A stretch of 64,000 bases of DNA from Octopus sinensis (lineage: Eukaryota). Where the stretch lies: the NCBI RefSeq assembly GCF_006345805.1, contig NC_042997.1, positions 144,894,001-144,958,000 of the forward strand, in the 5' to 3' direction. Below the pieces are notes generated by a model, which did no database searches, was not told where the DNA came from, and saw only the letters and a list, made by a program, of their open reading frames with translations. The position numbers were made by a program, and so were the translations under genes. Positions 1 through 12,372 of this stretch are shown one piece after another (position 1 is the first letter of the stretch; each line of letters begins with the position of its first letter).

Positions 1-195
1 CTTTAAACATAGATTTTTTAAACCTTACCTTTTTGATTATTAGAAAATGCCCGTCTAAAAGTTTTCTAGTATTTTGTTTCCTGTAGGACATTTGTTAGTT
101 CGAGATCTGTAGTTTTGTGTGCTTGGCGAATCAAATAGTTCTTCAGCGAAGAGAATAAAACCTCTACACAAGACAGACCGATTAGATAGATAGAT

Positions 196-2997
196 AAATA
201 TGTTTCCTTATTAGCCACACAGGGCTGCACACAGACGGGACAAATTACAAGGTAGAGCTTTTCTTTTTGGGGTTAAAAAAAGGGGGTTTGGTTTTCGATC
301 AAAAGGGATTGTAAAAGGAAAGAAAGAGGAAAGCAAAAAAAGGGTGGGGATAAAAATAAAAGGAAAAAGAAAAAAATCGATCAATAGGGATCGTTATCAC
401 AGAAATGTCAATATAAAGTGTAAAGGGGAGGACAGGTGAGGTTTACTCGTGGAAATAAAAGCCTACGGAAAAAGACCACGGTAACCTCGGTCAATGAAGT
501 CACATGTTATATTTTTTTTACAAATAAGCAACTCTCTGTATTAATTTTTACGGTTCATAGGATCATAGTCAAGGTGGCTTCGTCATTCATACGTGCCATC
601 CTTGCTACATTCACATTTTTTTTAAAACATTCCCTAGACAAAACTTCTCTCTCTACTCCCACTTTCCTTTTCAAGTGATACTTGAAGAAGTTGATGAGAG
701 ATTGACCAGAGAGGAAAGTGTTTGTCTCCAATCCTTTCAGACGCGTCCACCAGATACATTCTTTCGCTATAGCCACAATGATGATGAAAATAGATCTTCC
801 TTCCCGTTTGAAGGAAGGAGGCGTGACAATATTGACGATAGACCCGGCTGATAAACCGACTCGTCCCACACGTGACAGCAGTCGTTCGACATAGGCCCAC
901 AGTCGGAAATTGTGGACAGTGCACGATTGCGTGCAGAACGGTTTCGTCGCTCTGACCGCATCTCGGGCAGGTCGGCCCCGTGTTTCTCGAGCCGTGTCTG
1001 TAGAGCTTATCCCGAACGGGTAGCGCTTCTCAGTAGCACTGCCAGGCCAGGGATCTCTGGAAGTTGTCCATGGGCCCTGGCCCGAAAGTCGTCCTGAACA
1101 GGCGGGTCAGGTATTCCTCGTCGACGTCCGGGTTCGCCCCGAACTCGTCGTCGTACCTCCCCTCCATTAATCCCCTATAGAATGCTTGGGTTGTGTTGAA
1201 ATCACTCAAGGTCGACCCGGGACGGCATAGTTGCTTGAGAGCAACGTGACAGTCGCGGTGCCATTCGCCCTTTCTCAGTCTCTTTTTGATCCACGACTGC
1301 AGTTTGGTCATGGAGACGAGTTGCAGGAAAGCGTGCTTCACAAACGGCGACCGTACCTGTTCACCGTCGTCTACGTAGAGCCTGAGATGTCGCAGTCTCA
1401 GCGCAGTCTCCTTTTAACGAGTGTTGACAGCAAATTGATCGCCTGACCATCGGGACGCATCCTTTCCACAAGAAGCGAAAGAGAATGCGTTTTAGTTTGG
1501 TGATGGTAGGCTCGGGACAAAACACGACGGTCAAGCGGTAGTAGATGACGGATGCGATGTACGTGTTCGCCACCGCCGCCCGACCTTTTAGGGACAGTTT
1601 CCTCTCGGCCCATTGCCTGGCGAGAGTGACCACCCTACTCGTTATCTCGTTCCAGTTCTCCATTTGGAGGTCCGGACCAAACCAGACCCCGAGCAACTCG
1701 ATCGGACCGTCCGTCCAGCGTCCCACGACGGAGGCGCTGGTGGACGGCATGGGCTTGCTTCACCAGGTGCCGAGTCGCAAACTCACTGATTTTCCCCGGT
1801 TGATTTTCGCTCTTGTCACCGCTTCGTAGTCTTTCAGTGTCTCGCCGACCTGCTCGATGTGCTCGTGGCTAGACACTATGACGGTGACGTCGTCCGCGTA
1901 TGCAGACACGCTCGTCCAGCATCCCAATTCTCGCGGGATGCCCCGCAGAGTTGCCAGCTCCCGCAATAATGGCTCGAGAGTCAATACGTAGAGAAGCGAC
2001 GAGATGGGGTATCCCTGACGGACCGAGCGTGCAATGTGGAAAGGTCTCGATAGATGTCCATTTACGCGAATAACCGAACGGATGCCTCTGTACAAAGCGG
2101 CTATCCAGCCGCGGAAGACGGGACCGAAACCAGCCACTCTGAGGACAGCCTCCAAGTATCGATGGTCTACTCTATCGAAAGCTTTCGATTGATCCAAATT
2201 GATCAGCGCTCCACCCATGCCAGGTTCCTTAACTACCCTGTCTATGATGTAGCGCATCAGGTGGAGGTTATCATGGATGCTCCGGCCCGGCACGGCGCAT
2301 GTTTGTGCCTTGTCGACCAGTTTCTCGATGACAAGCGCCAACCTCTTGGCTAACACCTTGGCCAAAATTTTCAAGTCTGCATTAAGCAGAGTGATGGGCC
2401 TAAAGTTATCTATTACATTCCCTTTGTTTAGATCTTTCTTCAGCAGTGTTACGGCTCCTCGGCTCACAAAACCAGGAATGCTTCCGTCTTGCTGCCAGTT
2501 GCAGTACACCGCTGCCAAGACGTCTCCAAACAAGTTTGGCATACAACTGTAAAGCTCGTAGGGTAGACCATCCAAACCCGGCGATTTGTCCAGCGAGCAT
2601 TCTGCCATCGCGTCCTGCACTTCCGTCACCGTGATGGCACCTTCGCAGCGCCCTGCCTCTCTTGTCAAGAGTCGTGGAAGGCTGTGTAGGTAGGCACTGA
2701 AGTCCAGCCTACGTTCTTGCCCGCCACTCGTCCCGAACAGTCGGGCAAAATGCTGTTGAAAGGCCTCACACATTTTTCTTGGCTCGAGCAATTCACACCC
2801 TGTTCATCTACCAGAGACCGAATGGTGGCTTTCCACCCGGTCCTCTCTTGCGGCTCCTTAGAGCACGCATTCCTTCGTTCCTTAGAGCACGCATTCTAGC
2901 TCTTCGTGTTGGCGTTGAAGTGTTGGTCGAGGGCCAACCTCGCCGCCAAAACGTCGGATGCGATGCCGCTTCTAATTGCCTTTTCTAACTTCTTAAC
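196..2997 (-). mobile_element. 5'-truncated Tx1-like (L1 clade) non-LTR retrotransposon: RT and C-terminal part of ORF2 plus 3' UTR, frameshifted
   Basis: ORF 1760-2791 has RT motifs SPGLDGLPYELY, FRPITLLNADLKILAK, LDQSKAFDRVDH, SVRQG and YADDVT. It continues in other frames (LGVWFG, LSLKGRAAVANT, LFRFLW), typical of Tx1/L1 ORF2. No endonuclease; ends at a (TA)n tract. 25-bp tandem duplication near 2855-2897. Confidence 0.9.
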
Positions 2998-3065
<68 letters not shown>

Positions 3066-3084
3066 TATATATATTATATATAGA

Positions 3085-3090
3085 TAGAGA

Positions 3091-3146
<56 letters not shown>
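3085..3146. repeat. (GATA)n microsatellite following a (TA)n tract
   Basis: Direct reading. Confidence 0.95.
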
Positions 3147-3147
<1 letters not shown>

Positions 3148-3761
3148 ATTAAGAAAGGGGTTGAAAAAATAATCATGAAAATAGTGGAAAAGTATGGGAG
3201 GGGTCGGTAGATGAACGAAGAAAACAACGATTGTAATTGTGAAAAAAATGGAAATGAAAATAAAAACAAATAAAAAATTAAAAACTCAGTTTAATGAAAA
3301 ATATAATTAAAATATATATCGTGATAAAAGAAATTTAAGAATTTTTATGAAATACAGTTAATTTAGTTGATAAAACTACGTCTAATAAAAAGAAATTATA
3401 TAACAAAGGAAAACTGTTTGAATATCGGTTGTCTTTCTATCAGTCTGCGTATTTATCTGTCTATCTGTTTATATATCTAACTATTAACGTGTACATGTAT
3501 GTATGTATCATATAGAAGCATACACGTGTAAACATGAGTGTGTCTGTGTGTGTTTTGTGTTCGTGTGATCATGAGAATGTGTACACGCACGCTTATGTGT
3601 AGTACACAATGAAAAGAATCAAAAGTAATTATTTTAATAAACATAAGCGTCATTATAATTACATCAAGGATGTGTGTATCCTTATCTATAGATAAAGATA
3701 CATAGAAAGACAGAAGACAGAAAGGACCCAACAAAACAAGAGGAGACACGTGGGAGGGAGA

Positions 3762-3804
3762 GTCGCTGAAGAGGTCACAGGATGTGTGACAAAATATTTC
3801 AGAC
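3762..3804 (+). ncRNA. Degenerate minimal type I hammerhead ribozyme motif
   Basis: gtcg-CTGAAGA-g-gtcaca(ggatg)tgtgac-AAAA-tatt-TC-agac: 6-bp stem II and gtc/gac stem I; GAAA is mutated to AAAA. Confidence 0.4.
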
Positions 3805-4025
3805 AAAAGGACATAAAATAAGAAAAATAATTAATTTGAAGTGAAGAATTATGTGAGAGTAATTGTTGAATAAAAAAATGACCATCCCGAAAAATAACAA
3901 TAACAATATAAGAAACATACATACATACACACACATAATATATATATGTATGTGTGTGCGTGTGTGTATATATGCATGTATGTATGCATGCATGGATATA
4001 TATATATATATTATATATATATATA

Positions 4026-4059
<34 letters not shown>

Positions 4060-4732
4060 TACATATATATATATATATATATACATATGTATATAATATT
4101 GATCGAAATGGTAAGACAACAAAAATGAAAGAAAGAGACCTCGATATTATGTAGAGGAATTTATTTGTAAATATATGTGACAATTATATTTACATATATA
4201 TATATATATCGAGCATACATACATAAGGTACGTGTTTTGCCAGTTCGTGGGCAGGCACATACAGTCAGGTATCTCTGTGGTGACTTGGACTACTACAAAC
4301 AGCAGTCAAATCTCTCGTGAAACATGCCTTCATCAATAGAAAGCAGATTTACAGTATTTCAGGAAGAAAAAAGATAACTATACGATGGGTTTGCCACATC
4401 AGGGATAACTCAGGGCTAAATAAAATACAAACAAACATACTCCACATCAAAAGATTATCTACTAAATAATACTAATAAAGTTGACGGCATATCTTCGAAG
4501 TTTCATTCCCTAGTAAAACTCCATGTATTTTAAGCATTTTCTCACTATGCTCTAAGACATAAAGATTGTTCATGCAGAGTTACCTCCCTTAGCTGAAGAC
4601 CTCAAAATTGTGCGACCCGATCTCGTTTTCGAGGTTATCTTAGTAGTAAAAAAGACTTGTGCAAAATGCACAAATCCATAAGGAACATACGCACATACAC
4701 ACGCGCGCAAACTCTGCTTATATATATATATA

Positions 4733-6137
4733 GGGAGCTTACCTCCCTCGTCAATCATAGAATAAGTGCTTCATTGTGGCTCGTTGGATTACCATTGAAC
4801 CTACGAAGTTGGCCAGGAGTACCTGTTGGCCATTGATGTTTGCTGTGTGAACTGTTTTTCTTTTCTCTATCCTTCTGTTTTTTTTTCTTTCTTTTTGGAG
4901 CTGTTTTTGCGTTTCTTTTGAATTTTATTTTTATTCATATTTTTTTTAACTGACTTGTTTATTTCTTTTAGGACTTGTTAATTTATTTGGACTTACCTTC
5001 TTCTTTTGAACTGACTTTTAACATGGCAAATACAAAAAGTGCCTTAGAATGGGAGTTGGTCCCACCCAAGCAATGGATTGAAAGCCTTGAGAGAAGGACG
5101 GTGGTACTACGGACCTATTCTAGGTCGCGTGACGCCATCGCCCTCTTCAACAAGGATATTATTAGTAAAGAGCTGGCAAAATGTTTGCCAGCTAAAAATT
5201 ATTATGTAACCAGGGGTGTCAAATACGCCACGGTGTGGTTACTTTTCGACACTCCTGTGGAGGCTTGCACTGTGGCAGGCCAGCCCCTGGAAGGGGAGGA
5301 GATTTTGTTTCTTCCCACATATCGTGGGAAGAAGGTGATAAGGGCCTGGGTATGTGGTCTTTCTCTGGGCATCGAAGCGGGGTGGATTGCAGATGCCATC
5401 CGGCGGGGCCTAGGGGATAGCGGGCCCAGGCTTTTAAATACAGAGATAAAGCCTGCGGTCGACTGGGAGGGTGCAAAGGCAACTTTGACCCTGTGGACCC
5501 CAGTGTCCGCGGGTGAAATGACTTTCCCTGACTTTTTAAAAAAGGATGGCTCAAGGTATCCAGTGATACTTGAGGGTCGACCCCCATGTGTCGCTCGTGC
5601 CTGGAGTCAGGCCACATTAAGATGGACTGCCCACGGGGCCGTGGTAAGGTCCCGGAGCAGGAAAATGTGAAGGTGTCCTCCGCTCTCCCATTGCAGGGAG
5701 AAACGGCGGAAGTCGTTGAGGCCGATGCCTCAACGAGAAAGAAAAGAAAGGTGAGCAACAATGGTTGCACACCAACAGACGCGCAGGTTGCGGGAGAGGA
5801 GGAGGACCCGCCCACGGGTGTGCCAGTGGAGGCTCCGACTCCCGCACCCGTAAGAAGGAAAAAGAGAAGGAAGAGAAACGGGAAACGGTCGGCGAATAAC
5901 GCTGTGCCGCCGACTGAATCCGATGCTCCTCCGGTGGAAGGTGTGCCACCGGAGCGAGAGGCTCTGTCAGTGGGAATTGTGCCACTGACAGCGCGTGCTG
6001 AGGCCCCGCCCCCTGAGGAGGACGTGAAACCCGTCGTTTTCTATCTCAGGAAAGGGCCTGTCGAGAAGTGCTTGGACGGTCATCCAGGCCGAGAACGATT
6101 GGACTCGGTTTGTATAGACTGTCCAGACTGGCCTCTG
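4733..6137 (+). mobile_element. 5' half of a Tx1-like element: 5' UTR and gag-like ORF1 with CCHC zinc knuckle; one frameshift; 3'-truncated
   Basis: ORF from ATG 5023 reaches ..LEGRPP. Adding one C to the C5 run at 5581-5585 joins it to CRSCLESGHIKMDC (CX2CX4HX4C, 5589-5630), followed by a basic/Pro-rich tail with NLS-like RRKKRRKR. Confidence 0.75.
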
Positions 6138-6215
6138 CAGTCAAATGACTGAAACAAATAAAGAATAAAATAATACATACATATATATTATATATATATA
6201 TATAATATATATATA

Positions 6216-6278
<63 letters not shown>

Positions 6279-6292
6279 CATACATATATATA

Positions 6293-6354
<62 letters not shown>

Positions 6355-6419
6355 TATACATATACATATATACACACACACGCACCACACACATATATAT
6401 ATGTATATAAAGAAACTGA

Positions 6420-7160
6420 GAGGGGAGAAGAACAGTTAAAAAAGCAAACTCTATGCGTGTTGAATAGCCGTTGTTTTTAAATAGAACAAGGGCATTTCTC
6501 CTTGTTCACAGTAATTTTAGACTAAATCCTCTAAAGGTGTATTTTAGGTATTTTCTATAGCTATGTACAGCGAGAACATTGTGAAGTTGTGATATACTCA
6601 TACCATTGTCTTCATACGGTCTAATTCTAGATGGATTTTGTAAAGGCAAGTATATAGAGTCCTATTATCTCATAAACCTCTACTCCGTCACAACTACTTA
6701 TAACCCTTGCACCTAAGCCAAAGAAACAATATTCATGTAAAGCAATGACTTTCGAGCATTCTTTATAATCTTAAAATCGATATCATTAATATCAGATAAT
6801 GAACAATCGAACAATAAAGCTTTCAGAAGCAAAGGTTTTCTGATGGTTAGGATAAAATTCCATTATGTTCAATTGAGAAAATTTGCAATTATATTTATCC
6901 TCTATGTTAATATAACAGCCGATTGCCCACGAACTGTTATTCCATAAAGAGAAACTAGTAGCTTGTGTAATTTTTAAATTAATGAAACCTAAAATAAATG
7001 GATGATTCTTTGTAAGATTAATTAGTTTATACATACGATTAATCGAAAAGTTATCTTTGTGGTCTTTCAAGGTTATATAAGGTTGACGCTTCACCAGAGA
7101 TTCGACTATATAATCTCTCATAAATTGGGATGCTTGTCTAGTACTTCTGTATTGATATTA
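6420..7160 (-). mobile_element. Penelope-like element RT fragment, degraded
   Basis: PYITLKDHKDNF..LIN, then KYNCKFSQLNIMEFYP, matching the PLE RT pattern ITLKDHK.NF..CRLINP / F.QFDI..FYPSI. Confidence 0.8.
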
Positions 7161-7184
7161 TTGTATGTGTTGAAATTGGTCTTT

Positions 7185-7185
7185 C

Positions 7186-7216
<31 letters not shown>

Positions 7217-7326
7217 TGTATTGTATGTATTATGTATGTATGTATGTATTTATGTATGTATATGTATATACATATATAAATATATGTATATATATGTATG
7301 TATGTATGTGTGTATATATGTATGCG

Positions 7327-7358
<32 letters not shown>

Positions 7359-7395
7359 TGTATGTATGTATGTTTGTATGTATGTATGTATGTAT
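7185..7395. repeat. (ATGT)n microsatellite
   Basis: Direct reading. Confidence 0.95.
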
Positions 7396-7399
7396 TGTT

Positions 7400-8045
7400 T
7401 CGATATATCATTCAAAACAAGTAACTTGACTTCAATGCACTTGTTGCAGCCACCTTGGAAGTCCCCAGAGAAATCCTCAAACGTGAATGTGGCCAGCACA
7501 CTTCTCACACCTACTTTATCTTCTCACAAGGAGCAAGGCCTGGACTGTAGGGAGGTTGAGGAACAATTTTGATCTTCATCTCTGTCAAGTAATTGATTGC
7601 TAGAATGGAATTGTGGAATGGTGTGCTGTCCTGAGGCAGGTGCTTTGGCTTTTGTGACGAATTCTTTTTGTGAACTCGCTCAAAGCTTCTACAAAGTACT
7701 TTTTGTTGACCTCTAGACAAAGGGAGCCTAGTGGTTGTAGCTGCTGCCCTTGCTATTAATAAAGGGGAACATTATGAGCTTCTTGATGGACTTGCTTTGC
7801 CTGGTTTCTTCTGCCAGCGACAAAACATATGCTCGACTCACACAAGTTAATCCATGATCAGTCTAGAGCATTTCATAAAAGCAGTCTGTAGCATTTTTAC
7901 CGAGGGTAACACAAAACTTCGTTGTATAGCGAGCTTCAAAATTGTCTTCCCGTCCCAACTGCATTCTATAGACTTGTCATCTATGACAAGTAGTGTTTAG
8001 TAGGGTGTGTTCAAAGTGCTGTGGAAGCCTTCTCTTCAAATCTGG
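7400..8045 (-). mobile_element. Internally deleted mariner transposase relic
   Basis: N-terminal FEARYTTKFCVTLGKNATDCFYEML..SRAYV, then RQSKSIKKLIM, QDSTPFHNS..VPQPPYSPGLAPC (mariner YSPDLAP motif) and NKCIE. Confidence 0.8.
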
Positions 8046-8566
8046 AATAAAAGATGTTGGAGGTTAGCTTATTAGATGTATAATAATGATCAAATAGGAG
8101 TGCCTTTCCTGAAAAAGTCTCAAAACTTCCAGAATGCACCTCGTACGTTCATACATACACATATTTATATGCATATACACATGTGTGTCTGTGTGTCTGT
8201 GTGTGTGTATGATTATGTATGCATTTATGTGTGTACGCTGGAGTTGAACTAGGGGCGGCTGATGAAGGGGATTTTCCTTGTGTAGTTGTCTTGTACTCTG
8301 TTTTTTCGTTGTTAAAGGAATGGTCCGTTCCATGCTGTTTTTACGTTTTCGTTTCTCGTTGAGTTCTACGTCTATTTGTGGTGTCCTGTACACACGTATA
8401 TATATTTATATATGCATGTATATATACATGTAGATGTAGGTACGTACATATATGTTTGTATGTATGCATATATTTTATTTATTACACTATTGTATGACTG
8501 AGCGTCTTCGCGTCGATTCGATTCGATTCGTTTGGTTTCGTTTCGTTTCTTCTTGTTCTCTAAGCT

Positions 8567-8605
<39 letters not shown>

Positions 8606-8608
<3 letters not shown>

Positions 8609-10270
8609 CGAAAAATATGTCCTACTAGCCATAGATGAAGTGGACACAAACTCAGCTGCTGGTCCAGATGGTTTCCCAGCCATCCTCTTCAAAGCGTATA
8701 AGCATGCCCTGGCAAAACCCCTCAAGATTCTCTTCCAGAGCTTTCTTGCGAATGGCAAACTGCCAAGCAAGCTGAAGGAGGAAATAATATGCCCAATACA
8801 TAAAGGGGGAAGTAGAACAGATGCCAAAAACTATAGGCCTATCTCTCAGACTTCACACATCACCAAAGTCATGGAACGGATAGTCAGAAAGAAACTAATC
8901 GCATTCCTTGAGGAAAATAACTTGCTGAGTGATACCCAGCATGGTTTTCGACCAGGTAGGAGCTGTCTGACCCAACTCTTACAACATTATGACTGGGGGT
9001 TGAGGCAGTTACTCAACAAATCAAATGTGGACGTAATCTACCTTGATTTTGCAAAAGCTTTTGACAAGGTGGATCATTGTATGATATGTCACAAACTGCG
9101 TGACCTCGGCACAGCTGGAAAACTTGGAGTGTGGTTACATGACTTCCTGAAAGGTAGGAGTCAGGCAGTTGTGGTTAATGGAGCCACCTCTATGAACACA
9201 CAAATAGTGAGCGGTGTTCCACAGGGCATTGTCTTGGGACCACTGCTTTTTATAGTAGCCCTCTCAGATATGCCCTCAAATGCCCGGATAGCCACTCTGG
9301 CCAGCTATGCAGACGATACAGAACTCCAGCGATGTTGCACACCTGCAGCAGGAGTTGGATTCAATCTACAGCTGGGCTGAGGATAATAATATGCAGTTTA
9401 ATGCTGAAAAATTCCAGGCCCTGCGCTACCAGCATCCAAAACTGAATATTAAACTTACAGGATACACCTGTCCGCAGGGAATTTCAATCCCAGAGCCTAA
9501 GTCTGTGAGGGACCTGAGTATCGACATAAGTGATGACACCTCTTTCCAAGTGCACATTACCAGGATGGCAACAAAGTGCAGACGACTGGCTAGGTGGATC
9601 CTAAGAACATTCAGAACCAGAGATAAGGAAACCATGATGCTCCTCTGGCTGACATTCGTCCTCAGCTACCTGGATTACTGCTCACAGCTATGGTCACCCA
9701 CCAGTGTAAAATTAACAGCGGACCTTGAAGCAATCCAGAGAAGATTCACAAAGAAGATCGTCTCTTTGCAACAGCTCAGCTACTGGGAAAGGTTGAAACA
9801 GCTAAGACTCTACTCCCTGGAGAGAAGACGGGAGAGGTATGCAGTAATATATGTCTGGGAGATCCTGGAAGGAATCGTGCAAAATTTTGGCATTGTAAGC
9901 TACACCAATGCTAGAACGGGACGACACTGCATAGTGCCAAAGATCCCAGCAATGCCATCACGCTTCAGGACCAGCTTCTGCAACAGCCTGGGTTTCAAGG
10001 GCCCACAGCTTTTTAATATTCTCCCAAAGAGTCTGAGGAACTTGCACAAAGTAGATGTAGCGGTTTTTAAATCAAAGCTGGACATCTTCCTGTCAAGAGT
10101 CCCAGATGAACCTACCTCACGGCAAGAGGTGCAAATGGGAGTAGCTATATCAAACTCCATTCTTTACCAAGTGCCACATGTTAGACGAGGTTCTTCGTAA
10201 TAACAGTGTAGCACAAAATGGCGGTGCATCAGCATGACCGCAGCTCTGAGCTGAAACTAGAAAAAAAAAA
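8606..10270 (+). mobile_element. 5'-truncated CR1-clade LINE: RT domain, C-terminus, 3' UTR and A-tail; one frameshift near 9330
   Basis: AAGPDGF, NYRPISQTS, QHGFRPGRSC, YLDFAKAFDKVDH, SGVPQGIVLGPLLF, YADDT; downstream LDYCSQLWSP, RLYSLERRRER; stop at 10200, A-run 10261-10270. Confidence 0.92.
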
Positions 10271-10484
10271 TATATATATATACTAGCTGATTCCTGTTTT
10301 TAGGAATTCTTAATAAGCTATGGACGTCACCAACAGTGCAAATAACATGAAATACGTAAACAAATGAGGGAATCCAAGTGAAATACGTAAACAACTAGAA
10401 AAAATGGAAAACAGGACAAGTAAACACAGAGAAAGGACCCTCCATCAGTTGTCGGCTGTCTATCTACCCCTCATTTTGAGCATT

Positions 10485-10541
<57 letters not shown>

Positions 10542-10587
10542 ATAGATATATATAGATATATATAGATATAAATATATATACATATAT

Positions 10588-10627
<40 letters not shown>

Positions 10628-10645
10628 TATATATTATATATATAT

Positions 10646-10676
<31 letters not shown>

Positions 10677-11307
10677 GGTAAGTAGAGTCAGCGGTTGGAA
10701 TAACCGTCTTATGGATAAGAATATCCGTTATTACTAACGGTATAAATTAACGATGTTAACCCTGGGCATGGATATGGAAGCATACTATGCTCATAGAATA
10801 CGGATAATAACAAAATAAACAAGAGTTTATCAGGAATCAAATTTAAAATAAGCAGAAAATGGAGAAAACTTTTGATTAACCAAAACCCTAGCATTGCTTA
10901 CAGCCGTTTCTGCTGCCAATGTCAGTCGGTGACCCCAAATTATGAGAATGATATTCGTCATCATTATAGCTCATCCGATCTAGTACATGGGGCTTCATCA
11001 GAGTGAATACAAATGAATAAAATAAAAGAAGAGAGAAGAGGAAAGAACAGGGCCTCGAGATGAGGAAAGAAGGCATAATAAATTAGAATCATACCATTTT
11101 GCAGTGTAAAGCTTGAAGTCGATGAGCAAACGAATAAATTAGCAAATAAACTAGAAAAATAATTAGTGGGTTAATCTTTCTTTAGGGGTACCAGGGTGTA
11201 TGAATAATAAGAAAATAAAACTAGTAATTAAGTAAAACAGGATTCGACAATAAACCTAGAAAAAGAATAGTACTTATGATTTCGTAAATAGCGCGAGTAA
11301 ATACCAC

Positions 11308-11630
11308 GAGTGGCTGTGTGGTAAGTACTTTGCTTCCCAACCACATGGCTCCGGGCTCAGTCTCACTGCGTGGCACCTTGGGCAGGTGTCTTCTATTATA
11401 GCCTCAGGCCGATCAAAGCCTTGTGAGTAGATTTGGTAGACGGAAACTGAAAGAAGCCCGTGTTGTATATATATATGTGTGTGTGTCTACGTCCCCGTAA
11501 CTTAGCAGTTCGACAAAAGAGACCAACAAGTGCTACACTTACAAAGAACAAGTCCTGGGTTCGATTTGTTTGATTAAAGGCGGTGCTCCAGCGTGGCTGC
11601 AGTCAAATGACTGAAACAAATAAAAGAATA
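11308..11630 (+). mobile_element. tRNA-derived CORE-type SINE (OR1/OR2-like octopus family) with internal microsatellite
   Basis: Head gagtggctgtgtggtaag, CORE-like ggcaccttgggcaggtgtcttc, tail ggcggtgctccagc..gcagtcaaatgactgaaac. Many homologous copies in the window. Confidence 0.85.
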
Positions 11631-11800
11631 TATGTATAATCTATTTCGCTATATTTTAGATTATAATGAAAACAATTTAACAATTTAACATTAAAACTGA
11701 AGAATTACTGAATTCTTTTTCGTAGAATGCGTATATTAAATTTTACAAGTGCAGTAACAGTGATTTCGACAACAAAAACAATAATAATAAATTATTATTA

Positions 11801-12360
11801 TTGAGTGAGAGAGCAGTGCATGCCATCAAAGTGACACTGGGATAAAATATACGAAGCCCAATATACCCATCATGACTACCCGTCTGATAAGGGTAGACTA
11901 GGCACATGCATCACAACCATATGTGCGCGACATGGTGATCTCATATCAAGATAAACAGCACATGACCTTGCAGGTGGGGCCCAGTTAGAATTTTCTTCTG
12001 GTCGAGTAAACCATCCCGCTCAAAAGGTCCCTGAATAAGGGTTGCTTAAGGATGCTGAACGAAACACCCATGTTTCCAGAGGTGAATAATTCAAACCCCA
12101 AAGAATCCCTCTCAAAACATGGCTATGATGCTCCTCCACTACTTCTGCTCGCGATCAGAGATGCACATATCGTCAGCCACTAAGGGACACTCTCAACCTT
12201 GTTTAGGTCAAACAACTGACAAGCAAATCTGAGGTATTGAGCAGAATATTTGCTGTAGCAACTCTTTTATACCAAGACAAAACAATGTACATGATAACCC
12301 TTCCAATCAGTTAAGATTAGAAGCCACGAGAGCCACTTCCTGGTACTGCATCAGGGCATG
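11801..12360 (-). mobile_element. Non-coding interspersed element of about 560 bp ending in (AAT)n; probable non-autonomous retroelement
   Basis: Higher-GC, ORF-less block bounded by TAA tracts on both sides and abutting the R4/Dong-like element. Family assignment is inferred. Confidence 0.45.
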
Positions 12361-12372
12361 TAAATTATTACC

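Noticed and set aside
10895-11005. Minus-strand ctgatgaagcccc ... gaaacggctgta, hammerhead-like
   Set aside because: Stem II does not close next to GAAA and stem I does not pair; too degenerate to call.
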